The position numbers and the translations under genes were made by a program. DNA of 64,000 nucleotides from Methanotrichaceae archaeon (GTDB taxonomy: Archaea; Halobacteriota; Methanosarcinia; Methanotrichales; Methanotrichaceae): positions 64,001 through 128,000 of the forward strand of contig CAWDLW010000023.1 in NCBI GenBank assembly GCA_963803145.1, in the 5' to 3' direction. The notes under the pieces were generated by a model, which was not told the DNA's origin, did not search any database, and was given only the letters and a program-made list of their open reading frames with translations. Of the stretch, positions 46,497 to 55,988 are shown in pieces (position 1 is the stretch's first letter; every line of letters begins with the position of its first letter).

Positions 46497-48722
46497 ATGA
46501 CTCTGCTAAAGTTCAATAGCAAATATGTATTGACGGACTCTTCTCATTCCGTCAACGTCTCATCGTCAACTTTAGCCGATGACACATACGCCTCTCAGAC
46601 TTTTTCATTATCTAAGACTCAAACAGTCCTTGTTATATATCAGGTCGCTAATAATTATGGAACTACTGAAGATTCAGCAGGAAAATATATAGCCATCAAT
46701 GTAGATGGAGTGAATTACGGTCAGGTTGGCCAATGTCCATACGATTCTAATTTTCCTGAAGGGGAGACAACTTTCTGGATCGGTTCATTGGCTGCAGGGA
46801 ACCATACTATTAAAGGCCAATTTGCTGCTACAGTCAATACGAAAACTGTTACTATCGATAACAGAAGCTTGATTATAATAATCTTTGACGGTGACGAATT
46901 TACTTTAGCAACAAGCGCAGTCGCTAACACATTTACGAGTACCTCATTTGCTGATGATAACGTTTCAATTACCGCAACTCCATCAGGGTCATGTGTTGCG
47001 TTAGCAATTTATGCCGTATCTAATAATAAAGGATCTGTAGAAGGAGGTTATGGCAGAAAGATTGCAATTAATTTTGGCGGCAGTGATTTGGTTCAGGTTG
47101 AAGGTACGCCAGCATGTGCCGCAAATTATACAGAGGCGGAATTTACAGCTTATGCAGCTAGTCAAGATGCAACTTCGCTGACGGTTAAAGGAAGGGCAGC
47201 GGTAAACTCATCAGGTACATCAACAATAGATAGGCACTATTTGGCATTGCTGTTTTTCGATCCATCGACTCTACTTGATATAAATACTACAGTTTCTCAA
47301 GTATCTACTACCAGTAACACATTAGTTGATGATTCACAATGTACTATCAGTAGAACAACTACCGACTCAAGAGAACTGCTAGTTATTGCAATAGGCACAA
47401 AACGCCGACCAACGAGCTCGGATTTTCATGGCGAATGTTATGGAATAAGTATCAATGGCGTGGATGTTGCTAGTTCGAGACAGTCACCGTTTAACTCCGG
47501 CGAAGCTAATTCAGTGTCTACAAGCTATGGTCTTACGGTAGCTGCAGGAAGTCAGACAATTAAAGGCAGACTCTCAAACAATTTGACCACCAGCACCGCA
47601 ATAATCGATGCCAGGGTAGTTATTGCATTATGGTTCTCATCAGGTTCTACCGTTGAAGATACTGCTTCAATTGGATCTATAAGCAATTTAACATCTACTG
47701 ATGAGCCATTGATTGAATTATCTGCTAATTTAGCGAATATATCAAAGATTTACGGTGTTAGAGAACTTATACAACAGATCCAATCAATCTTAACCAATTA
47801 TAGCTCTATTCAGTCAACGGACAGAATAATAGCAGAATTGGGCCTTATAATAGAGAGCATATCAAGTGCAAGCTCAATAGATGAGGTTACAGCCGAACCT
47901 ACAGCATCTATTAGTACATTAGCTCGAATCTATAGTGCCTATTCGTTATTTGAATTGATTGAAATAGCTGCATCCTGTCGGTCAGCCTCCCTAATTTCTG
48001 CTGTTGATAGGGTCCTAGCCGAGGCTGCAGCCCAGATCTTATCAGAGACGAATGTTCAGGCCATAACCGAGAGATTGCATGAATCTAGGGCTAATATAGA
48101 GGCTTCAAGCCTGCTTCAATCTAATGATGAGGTCCTGGAAATCGTACATTTAGCAATAGATTCAATCTCTAGGATTTTGTCAGATAACGAAAACATAGCA
48201 GAGACTGCAGCCAACTTGAGATCAAATTCAAAGCTTATGGCCGCTGCGTCCTTGATCTTGATAGAGGTTATAGAGAGGATAATTTCATCTTCTGAAGTAA
48301 ATCCTACGTTATGGCAAATCCAAGAGAGCCAGGCTAGATTATCATCAATATCTTCAGAATATAGCCATCTAGATTTAATTGCTGATATAGCCGCATTAAT
48401 CGTAGGCTCTTCAAGGATCTTATGTTCATCAAAGCAGGACGCAGAGTTTAAAGCGAAAGTATTTTCAGATTCCATTTTCTTTATAAACGAGTTTACCCGC
48501 CTATACGAGGCGTCAGCTGACATAAAATCTCTCGGCAATCTCATTTCAAGAATAAATGAGATTCAGGAAATCCAGGGCCTTATTCTTTCCGATTCTGAAT
48601 TAGAGGCCATGGCTTGGGCTGAAATGATCTATGTTAAGCTTTGGATGGAGACCTCTCTTTATAGAAATAACTTTGATAAAACCCAGATATTCAGGAAGAT
48701 GTATGATAGCTCGGAGGTGTAG
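46497..48722 (+). CDS. Fibre protein: three tandem beta domains plus a periodic stalk
   Basis: Three S..(A/V)DD...T(I/V)KG...ID repeats of about 125 aa, then about 19-aa A.I.S.S.I repeats. Confidence 0.65.
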   Translation: MTLLKFNSKYVLTDSSHSVNVSSSTLADDTYASQTFSLSKTQTVLVIYQVANNYGTTEDSAGKYIAINVDGVNYGQVGQCPYDSNFPEGETTFWIGSLAAGNHTIKGQFAATVNTKTVTIDNRSLIIIIFDGDEFTLATSAVANTFTSTSFADDNVSITATPSGSCVALAIYAVSNNKGSVEGGYGRKIAINFGGSDLVQVEGTPACAANYTEAEFTAYAASQDATSLTVKGRAAVNSSGTSTIDRHYLALLFFDPSTLLDINTTVSQVSTTSNTLVDDSQCTISRTTTDSRELLVIAIGTKRRPTSSDFHGECYGISINGVDVASSRQSPFNSGEANSVSTSYGLTVAAGSQTIKGRLSNNLTTSTAIIDARVVIALWFSSGSTVEDTASIGSISNLTSTDEPLIELSANLANISKIYGVRELIQQIQSILTNYSSIQSTDRIIAELGLIIESISSASSIDEVTAEPTASISTLARIYSAYSLFELIEIAASCRSASLISAVDRVLAEAAAQILSETNVQAITERLHESRANIEASSLLQSNDEVLEIVHLAIDSISRILSDNENIAETAANLRSNSKLMAAASLILIEVIERIISSSEVNPTLWQIQESQARLSSISSEYSHLDLIADIAALIVGSSRILCSSKQDAEFKAKVFSDSIFFINEFTRLYEASADIKSLGNLISRINEIQEIQGLILSDSELEAMAWAEMIYVKLWMETSLYRNNFDKTQIFRKMYDSSEV

Positions 48723-48725
48723 GGC

Positions 48726-49025
48726 ATGTATGCTATACAAGGAGATACGGGAGGTCAAATAATTATAGATGTCTATGAGCGGGATGAGAACCAAGTTAAA
48801 CAGCCCGTAGATATAAGCGCTGCAATGCTGCTAAGGCTTGATGTAACCAGGCAGGACGGATCAATGGAGCAATGGACAGCAACCTTCTTTTCCAATACCC
48901 AGATATCTTATGTCATTCCGGCTAATGCTCTTCCTAAAAAAGAGACTATAAAAATTGATCCTTTTATTAAATGGTCTCCTGATCTATATTTCCATGGAAC
49001 GCCGATTTATCTTATTGTAGGGTGA
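48726..49025 (+). CDS. BppU N-terminal-like small protein
   Basis: GDTG..PVDISAA..V.RQDGS..W.AT..ISY. Confidence 0.55.
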   Translation: MYAIQGDTGGQIIIDVYERDENQVKQPVDISAAMLLRLDVTRQDGSMEQWTATFFSNTQISYVIPANALPKKETIKIDPFIKWSPDLYFHGTPIYLIVG

Positions 49026-49028
49026 ATC

Positions 49029-50420
49029 ATGAGGCATAATACAGGAGTTATCAAGCAGAAACCAGACCCAAGGGATTATTCGATATATCACCCTAAAGTA
49101 AGATCATACTTCGAAAAAACTTTATTGCCTCATTTCTTGTTACCTTCATCAATAGACCTTAGATCTACCGGCAATATGCCTGAAAAAATATGGGATCAGG
49201 ACGGATTCAATACATGTGCTGCTTTTGCTTGTGCCGGTTGCATCGATTATGTTCTTCATAGGGATTATGGAATATTTTTAGATCCTTTAGGCCCATCTAA
49301 GGCATTTCAATATTATAATGCTACAATTCTCGAAGATGGAATCCCAATACAATTATCGCCATCGGCAGGAAGTACGATACGAGGTAACATGATGGCCGTT
49401 ATTGATTACGGGACCATTCCAGAATCGGATTATCTTTACACTGGTGATAACTGTGTGATGGACCCAGGAAGTGAAAATTATAATCTCGGGTCTCGAAATC
49501 TTGCCACTGCTGCAGTACTTATAAGTCAGCCAGGAATGAATTTAACCCAAATTCATAACGCAGCAAAGGCGCAAATTGCGGCAGGCAATCCAGTCGAATT
49601 CTGGGTAGCGTATTATCAACAGTTAGATGATGCAGACCATAGCACCGGAAATATAGGTATACCTTCATCATCAGGGGATTATCACAATACATTGCATGCA
49701 TTAAATTTAATTGGATATGATAATAACCATCTTAATTCAGATGCTTCATTAGGAGCTTACATTGTCCGCAATCATTGGGGTACATCCTGGGGGTTGAATG
49801 GCTATGGATGGCTTCCTTATTGGTGGTTCACTCATTTAGATCCATGGCTTAGTTCTCCTATGGTAGGTGATTTCTGGGTTTTAGTTTCAATGAACTATAA
49901 CTCAGCTCTGGATAAGGAGATATCGGGAGTTCTCAGAACAGTTTCAGAATTCAATGCAACTCCTGAAACTACAATATTCACAGAAGGAGCTAGCGGTTTA
50001 TTTGATGCATATCTTAACATAGCGCTAGATTCCGTACTTGGTTCAGGCAGTCCATCAAGTCTTTATGCGGGCCTGGTTACAGATTGCAGCAAAGACGGCA
50101 TATTAACCGGCGAGCCTACGATAGGAGTTAACGGATATGCCAGAGTCCAAATGGATAACGACGATACTGTTTTCCCTGCTGCAGCAGGTGGGGTTAAGAC
50201 TTGTGCTGCAGATATATTTTTCCCAGAATCTACCGGCTCATGGGCTTTAGGTAATGCATTTACGTATCTAGTTTTGTTCGATGCACCGAGCAGCGGGAAT
50301 GCTCTTGCTGCAGCACCACTTTGGCAGCCTTTCTATGTTCCTTCAGCTCGATACATGGCCGAATTCTTAGCCTTGTATCAATCCATCCAATTCTCATTAT
50401 TGCGAGTAGGTGGGGGTTAG
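49029..50420 (+). CDS. Papain-like (C1A) peptidase fused to a virion-type domain
   Basis: PDPRD, IDLR, DQDGFNTCAAF, HALNLIGY, RNHWGTSWGLNGYGWLPY; C-terminal GEPTIGVNGYARV domain. Confidence 0.9.
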   Translation: MRHNTGVIKQKPDPRDYSIYHPKVRSYFEKTLLPHFLLPSSIDLRSTGNMPEKIWDQDGFNTCAAFACAGCIDYVLHRDYGIFLDPLGPSKAFQYYNATILEDGIPIQLSPSAGSTIRGNMMAVIDYGTIPESDYLYTGDNCVMDPGSENYNLGSRNLATAAVLISQPGMNLTQIHNAAKAQIAAGNPVEFWVAYYQQLDDADHSTGNIGIPSSSGDYHNTLHALNLIGYDNNHLNSDASLGAYIVRNHWGTSWGLNGYGWLPYWWFTHLDPWLSSPMVGDFWVLVSMNYNSALDKEISGVLRTVSEFNATPETTIFTEGASGLFDAYLNIALDSVLGSGSPSSLYAGLVTDCSKDGILTGEPTIGVNGYARVQMDNDDTVFPAAAGGVKTCAADIFFPESTGSWALGNAFTYLVLFDAPSSGNALAAAPLWQPFYVPSARYMAEFLALYQSIQFSLLRVGGG

Positions 50421-52580
50421 ATGACTGTTTTGACCTGGACCCAAACGAGCAGCAACTTAAATAGTACGAAATATGCGATGGGCGGGGATGGGAACAGAGG
50501 CGCAGCTATTTGCATTGGTGGTGATCATTACGGATCAGACATAATAGAAACTGAAGTATTCAACGGCTCTTCATGGTCTGTAGTGAGCAGCATGAATTAT
50601 AGCAGGCAATTTTTAGCGGCCGGAGGTTCGCCATCGGCAGCTTTTGCAACTTGCGGCCAAAATATGTATGTAGGCGGATCTATTAAGTCTACAGAACTCT
50701 ATAATGGTACTACATGGGCTATTTCTATTGATTGTTCAACTGCACGAAAGGAGCTAGCCGGTGGAGGTTCACCTTCTGCAGCTATAATTATGGGAGGCCA
50801 AGACGGCGTACAAACATACGATTTGTGCGAAACCTTTAATGGATCGGCATGGAGCACTCAAGGCAGCCTAACAGCAGTAACCCAAGACATGGGAGGCCAT
50901 GGAGATCCAACAAATGCCATAATTGCCGGTGGCATTGATGATATAGGTGTAACAAATACCACCCAGATTTGGAGCGGTTCAGCCTGGTCAAACACTGGAA
51001 CTTTAAACACATCTCGGCAAATGTTAGTAGTCGGCGGATCTTCAACTAACGCCTTATCAGCTACAGGAATGACGGCTACAGGTTATTGGTCTAACGCAAC
51101 AGAGCTATTCAATGGATCAACATGGTCAGTTGATTCTGCATTTCCAATGTACTGCGGTTATGGTGCAGGCAACGGCAATGCATCAACGGGTATAATTTTT
51201 GGTGGTCGAGCTTCAGCACCTCTATATCTATACTATACCTGGACGGCGCTTGCATCGAATATAGAAGAATCAGCATCTTTAGTTTCAGTCTCGAAGATTA
51301 GATCAAACTTCGAATATCCTATAGAAATATCTGAGAGTATAGGAAGTATATCGGGAATAACCGCAAATATTAGTGCTCTGGATGCTGAAAGAGTAGCGCT
51401 GATAACGACTATCTCCAGCATTCTTGCGACAGGGACACCATACGGGCCTAGGGAGATTGTCGCAGATTCAATAAGCGTTTCGGAAATTATAGCAAATGCT
51501 GAATATGAAATAGAAAAGGCCGCACACATCCTGAGTATATCCTTAATGGATGGCCATTTCGATTTTGGCGCTACAATAGATTCAGAAAGCCAAATCATAG
51601 CCAATCCCGAGCTAATCTATGAAGCTCATGGCAATATTCATAGCATCTCAAATGTTCTGGCCTATATCAGCGAGTATTATCTTCATACGGCAGCTAACCT
51701 GAATTCAGAGACCCAGTTTTTAGCCTGGCCGGAATGGGGGGATGTCTATACTCAGCTCGAAATAGCTCATATAACTTCAAGCTCGATAGTTAACGCAATA
51801 GGTAACTCGGAGCACGAATTAAGGGCTCTTTTGGCTTCTGGATCATCTTTAAGTTCAATCCTCCATTTAATACAAGATTGCTGGGCGGCAGGCTCAAACA
51901 CCTCAAAAATCTGGGTAGTAGGGACTGAAATTGATGTTCCTTTGGATATCATTTTAGCAGAATTTACCGTCCCGCCGCTATCATTAGTCTTTGCCAGGGT
52001 TTGCCCAATAAAAGATTTCACCGAGGAGGTAAATGTGGCTCAAAACGAAATAATATTTAAAGGGCAGTCTATGCTGAGGCTGCAGATAACCACGAACACG
52101 CCGATATCCGGAGCACAAGAATTAAGGATCAAATACAAGAAACCATCTGGAGTTACTGGACATTTTAGCGCTACGTCTATTGATGACATAAACGGTGTCT
52201 TAATTAGAGATATCATAGACAATTCCGAGATAGACGAGCAAGGAGATTGGACTATATGGCCATGGGTGAAGTTTTCAGATGGTCGAGATGCTCCGGGGTT
52301 CTGGGTAAAGATGACAATCATAGACGAGCCAGGCCATGAGCTAACCAGAGCCAAGCCTGTTAAACAGGCGAATCCTCGGACGCCCTTTACCTATATTTAC
52401 AAAAAGAATGGTCATCCTATTGCTTATGCCAAGCTGCTAATAGTTCAAAGGGATGAGCAAATCGAGGCTAAAACAGATATTCACGGCAAAGCAGGTCCTT
52501 ATTTGCTGATGCCTGGGCGCGTAGATATCAGGTCTCTTGATGGCCTCAATCATCATGAAATTTGCGAGGTAGGGGGATAG
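50421..52580 (+). CDS. Kelch-like propeller fibre protein with stalk and BppU-like domain
   Basis: Repeats GG..TE.FNGS.WS..LN..R; IKYKKPSG..IDEQGDWTIWPWV. Confidence 0.7.
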   Translation: MTVLTWTQTSSNLNSTKYAMGGDGNRGAAICIGGDHYGSDIIETEVFNGSSWSVVSSMNYSRQFLAAGGSPSAAFATCGQNMYVGGSIKSTELYNGTTWAISIDCSTARKELAGGGSPSAAIIMGGQDGVQTYDLCETFNGSAWSTQGSLTAVTQDMGGHGDPTNAIIAGGIDDIGVTNTTQIWSGSAWSNTGTLNTSRQMLVVGGSSTNALSATGMTATGYWSNATELFNGSTWSVDSAFPMYCGYGAGNGNASTGIIFGGRASAPLYLYYTWTALASNIEESASLVSVSKIRSNFEYPIEISESIGSISGITANISALDAERVALITTISSILATGTPYGPREIVADSISVSEIIANAEYEIEKAAHILSISLMDGHFDFGATIDSESQIIANPELIYEAHGNIHSISNVLAYISEYYLHTAANLNSETQFLAWPEWGDVYTQLEIAHITSSSIVNAIGNSEHELRALLASGSSLSSILHLIQDCWAAGSNTSKIWVVGTEIDVPLDIILAEFTVPPLSLVFARVCPIKDFTEEVNVAQNEIIFKGQSMLRLQITTNTPISGAQELRIKYKKPSGVTGHFSATSIDDINGVLIRDIIDNSEIDEQGDWTIWPWVKFSDGRDAPGFWVKMTIIDEPGHELTRAKPVKQANPRTPFTYIYKKNGHPIAYAKLLIVQRDEQIEAKTDIHGKAGPYLLMPGRVDIRSLDGLNHHEICEVGG

Positions 52581-53026
52581 TGGCTTCTCTTCAGTTTCAA
52601 GGAATAGATAAATTAATAGAGGACTGGACAGCCAGAAGGGATCGAGCTCAGTCCGTGGCTGAGTTAATAGCCCTTGAAATGGGCCATATTGCAGAGAATG
52701 AAATCCATCCCTTGACTCATAAAATAACTGGAAATTGGGATAGATCGATACATACCGAAGTTGAATCAGATGGAACGATTATAAGGGCAAAGGTAGTTTC
52801 CCATGGCGCTTTTGCTTCTAACGGCTTCAATTATGGACCTCTTCAAGAGGCGCTGAATCATCCTATAGAAATTGGATTTTATCGAGCAATTCCGGAAATG
52901 ATTCAATTCTGGGAAGACAATTTTTTTAAGTCTATTGAATCGGGCGAAGTTCCTAATATCGAAGTTATGGATATCGGAATTCCGTATCCTCCAGGAAGCA
53001 AAAATCTTTCTAAAAATAATAGATAA
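52580..53026 (+). CDS. HK97 gp10-like tail completion protein
   Basis: FQGIDKL..HKITGNWDRSI..YG. Confidence 0.65.
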   Translation: MASLQFQGIDKLIEDWTARRDRAQSVAELIALEMGHIAENEIHPLTHKITGNWDRSIHTEVESDGTIIRAKVVSHGAFASNGFNYGPLQEALNHPIEIGFYRAIPEMIQFWEDNFFKSIESGEVPNIEVMDIGIPYPPGSKNLSKNNR

Positions 53027-53049
53027 TATAGCAGGGCTAAGGAGGTTCA

Positions 53050-53502
53050 ATGGCCGATCCATCGTTATATATAAAGTTTGTAGCTGATGCTCTTTTGGCT
53101 AAAACAGAGATACAAAAAGCTACAAACGGTCAGATCATCCCCAACTTCAACTTAACTTCAGCTGACGATTATTTGAAAGAGGCTAACCATTGCTGCATCG
53201 GAATCCATAGCATAGATCTGCTCAGTACGGGTTTGCCTGGTGTAGATTTTCACGGTATGTCTGACCATGTTCATATGATAGCAGTTGACATTCTACAGAT
53301 TAACAAAAATGACACTTGCATATCAGGAGTCGCTAAAGACGTTGCCAATGTTCTCAAAAAGCCAATAAGAGCAGTTCGAAGCGGGATCAATTATTACTTC
53401 AGTATCAGGCCACCAATCCGGGTGGTAACCGTTACAAACCCAGATTTTCCAGACCGTGTTCAAATCACCATAACAACCAGGCTAAGATATCTGGACGAGT
53501 GA
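53050..53502 (+). CDS. Probable tail terminator
   Basis: 150 aa, positioned before the tail tube gene. Confidence 0.55.
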   Translation: MADPSLYIKFVADALLAKTEIQKATNGQIIPNFNLTSADDYLKEANHCCIGIHSIDLLSTGLPGVDFHGMSDHVHMIAVDILQINKNDTCISGVAKDVANVLKKPIRAVRSGINYYFSIRPPIRVVTVTNPDFPDRVQITITTRLRYLDE

Positions 53503-53512
53503 AGGAGTTAGT

Positions 53513-53695
53513 ATGGTCGATAGAAGAAAAGAAATGCCTCTGAGCCACATCGACCCGATAGGGGGAGAAAGGCTATACGAGGAGATAGGGAGCGGAGTCA
53601 GGCTAACAGCCTCAGATTACGCTCATAAGCATGGATTTACAAGCACCGAAGAATTTCTCAAAGCATATGAGGACCATCTGAGAGGCGAATTTTGA
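53513..53695 (+). CDS. Small hypothetical protein
   Basis: AAGGAG SD. Confidence 0.5.
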   Translation: MVDRRKEMPLSHIDPIGGERLYEEIGSGVRLTASDYAHKHGFTSTEEFLKAYEDHLRGEF

Positions 53696-55008
53696 TGGCA
53701 ACAGGTCCACAGCCAATAACGACTAAGCGGATAGGGTTAGCATTTGAAAACGCTGCTATAAAGGCATCAGCTCCTGCTGTTTATGTGATAGTTGACGGCA
53801 AGCTAACACCAAAGTCAACCAAGCCCACGACTAAGAAGAGAATATCAGGTAACAGAGATCCCGTATTAGGCATCAGGGCTGCAGAGGGATTCAAGATATC
53901 TATTCCCATGCCACCTTTGATTGAGAGTAACGGCCTAGGGGAGCTCATTTTGGCCCAGATGGGCACAGATACGCTAGGAAGTGAACTAGGAACTAGCGGC
54001 GGGTATGACCATGTTTTTACTGCCAATGACACCATAAAATCATTTACTTTATGGTGCTGGGATACACTAAATCCGCTTGATATCCGAATGTGTGTAATAG
54101 AACAGCTCAAGGTAGAAATCGATAAAGATAAGAACACTCTATCAATGATTTTCGATTGCTCTGGCGCAGAGATGACTGACTCATCAACGTTTGGAACTGC
54201 TACATACATCAATGTTCAAACGGATAAGCCCAAAATGCTCATGGCTTCTCAGTGTATCTTGGAGTTCGGCCAGCCTCAATCAAACGTCAGCCAGTTCTGG
54301 AATAAGCTTACGCTGACAATGAAAGAATCTCCTAAGTTCGGGGCAAATCAGAAAGCTCCAGTACCTTCTGGTGCTGCAGCTCCCCAGCTGGTGGTTAAAG
54401 GTCCCAGGGATACCGACCTCCAGCTAGATTACAACGATCTGGACAGGCAAGAGCTCAAGAGATTTAGGCAAGGCGTTGAAACTACGCCGACAGCAACGGC
54501 TCAAATGGATGCAGCCGGTCTCATTGGCTGGCGTTTAAGGGTCTTTGGCAATGAGATAGGCGTTTCGAACATCTGGGGATACTCTCACAGAGCGAACGCG
54601 GGAAGTGCGACAATAATATGGGGTGGGACCTACACAGGGACCGATCCGGCCGAGTTCGAGGTATACGTTACAACGGACGGAACGCCAGATAAATTTAAGT
54701 GGCGCAAAAATAACGGTGCCTGGAGCGCTGAGATCTCAGTAACAGGATCGGCTCAGACCCTCTCAGATGGAGTTACCGTTACATTCTCGTCAACCACTGG
54801 CGCAGCGCTTAACGACACATTCTATGGATTCACACATTATCAAAGAATGTTGGAGCTCACATCCTTAACCAACGTCTTTGATGACTGGTCCGATGTCTCA
54901 GCTGATGACTTCTACAAGGCAAGTCTAAAGGTATTCCATGAGAGCGGGATAGGCTCAACCAAGCCAAGTATCACCTTAAGGAACACAAAATCGACAGCAT
55001 ATACATAA
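53692..55008 (+). CDS. Major tail tube protein with an extra beta domain
   Basis: IGLAFE, LGELIL..MG, YDHVFT..SFTL, SITLRN..AY; no sheath gene seen. Confidence 0.8.
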   Translation: MMATGPQPITTKRIGLAFENAAIKASAPAVYVIVDGKLTPKSTKPTTKKRISGNRDPVLGIRAAEGFKISIPMPPLIESNGLGELILAQMGTDTLGSELGTSGGYDHVFTANDTIKSFTLWCWDTLNPLDIRMCVIEQLKVEIDKDKNTLSMIFDCSGAEMTDSSTFGTATYINVQTDKPKMLMASQCILEFGQPQSNVSQFWNKLTLTMKESPKFGANQKAPVPSGAAAPQLVVKGPRDTDLQLDYNDLDRQELKRFRQGVETTPTATAQMDAAGLIGWRLRVFGNEIGVSNIWGYSHRANAGSATIIWGGTYTGTDPAEFEVYVTTDGTPDKFKWRKNNGAWSAEISVTGSAQTLSDGVTVTFSSTTGAALNDTFYGFTHYQRMLELTSLTNVFDDWSDVSADDFYKASLKVFHESGIGSTKPSITLRNTKSTAYT

Positions 55009-55162
55009 ATCGATATCTGTAGCGGCCGCGTAAAATGCCCTACATTTGAAGATCTCGGTCCCTTCCTAGTGTCTAGACGCGAAAAGCCCTAGATTGACCT
55101 CCTGGCGGGCCTGGTTGGGACCGATAAAAGGCCAGGATATAATAAAACAGGAGAAATACAAA

Positions 55163-55633
55163 ATGGCAGAAGAAGAAAAGCCAATAAGAACCGAAGAACT
55201 CTTTGTAGACCCAACCAATATTGAGGCATTGACTAAGGCATTGAAGCCGAAGCGTGGCATATACTCCTTAACCATGCCTTCAGGTGAGGCTCTTGCGGTT
55301 CCATACCATGAAACTGGGCATGTCTACAATCTGGAATCTACAAGGGGAGAGCATAAAGTAAAAGAGTCAGACAAAATAGATCCTACCAGAGAGAGACGAA
55401 TTTGGATTCGGAGAATCAATAAGGCTCTCGAAGATGGCTGGCGAGTTGTAGACGATCTTCTTGAGGGACCAAAAAAGTCCCTTGCTGAATATCTCTTAAA
55501 TAAAGAGATACCAGTATCTATAATCAACTCCGAGGATTGGGCCACGATGGTTGAGGTATGCTTTCCGGGAATCTACGACGATACTAGCACTATCCAAGAC
55601 CGGGCTAAGTCAATCCGCATGCGCGCTAGCTAA
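55163..55633 (+). CDS. Tail assembly chaperone (G-like)
   Basis: Between tube and tape measure; AGGAG SD. Confidence 0.65.
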   Translation: MAEEEKPIRTEELFVDPTNIEALTKALKPKRGIYSLTMPSGEALAVPYHETGHVYNLESTRGEHKVKESDKIDPTRERRIWIRRINKALEDGWRVVDDLLEGPKKSLAEYLLNKEIPVSIINSEDWATMVEVCFPGIYDDTSTIQDRAKSIRMRAS

Positions 55634-55937
55634 GGCTTTTCCGGGCCTTGGCACGCCTATGAATGCTCTGATTAATCACTACAAAATTCTTGATCCTGGA
55701 TTTGTAGCCTCTTTAACTCCGGAAGATCTTTTCTTTTTGGATCTCTCGATTTTGATTGAATTCAATCATAGAGAAAAGGAGCTCTTAGAAAAGCAGAAAA
55801 AGAAAGAGAGGGATGAAGAAGAGCATGAAGGCATGGAGCGGTATGAATCGGAGGATGATTTCTGGGCTGAAGTTGAAGCCGCTAATGATGAAGCAATAGC
55901 CTTAAAAAATGAGGCAGTAATAGATAATCAAAACTAG
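55563..55937 (+). CDS. Tail assembly chaperone extension (T-like), possibly reached by frameshift
   Basis: Overlaps the previous ORF in the +1 frame; no clear SD. Confidence 0.55.
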   Translation, partial: FRESTTILALSKTGLSQSACALAKAFPGLGTPMNALINHYKILDPGFVASLTPEDLFFLDLSILIEFNHREKELLEKQKKKERDEEEHEGMERYESEDDFWAEVEAANDEAIALKNEAVIDNQN

Positions 55938-55988
55938 TTGTATGTTCACAGGGAGCATACAACTAAAATATTTTTAGGATTGATACTT

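Noticed and set aside
50418-50423. Amber readthrough (pyrrolysine) fusing protease and fibre
   Set aside because: The GGTGGGGG before TAG-ATG is simply the next gene's SD; no pyl genes seen
55055-55137. HDV-like ribozyme
   Set aside because: GGTCCC/GGGACC resemblance only; the L3 consensus, P4 and catalytic-C junction are missing
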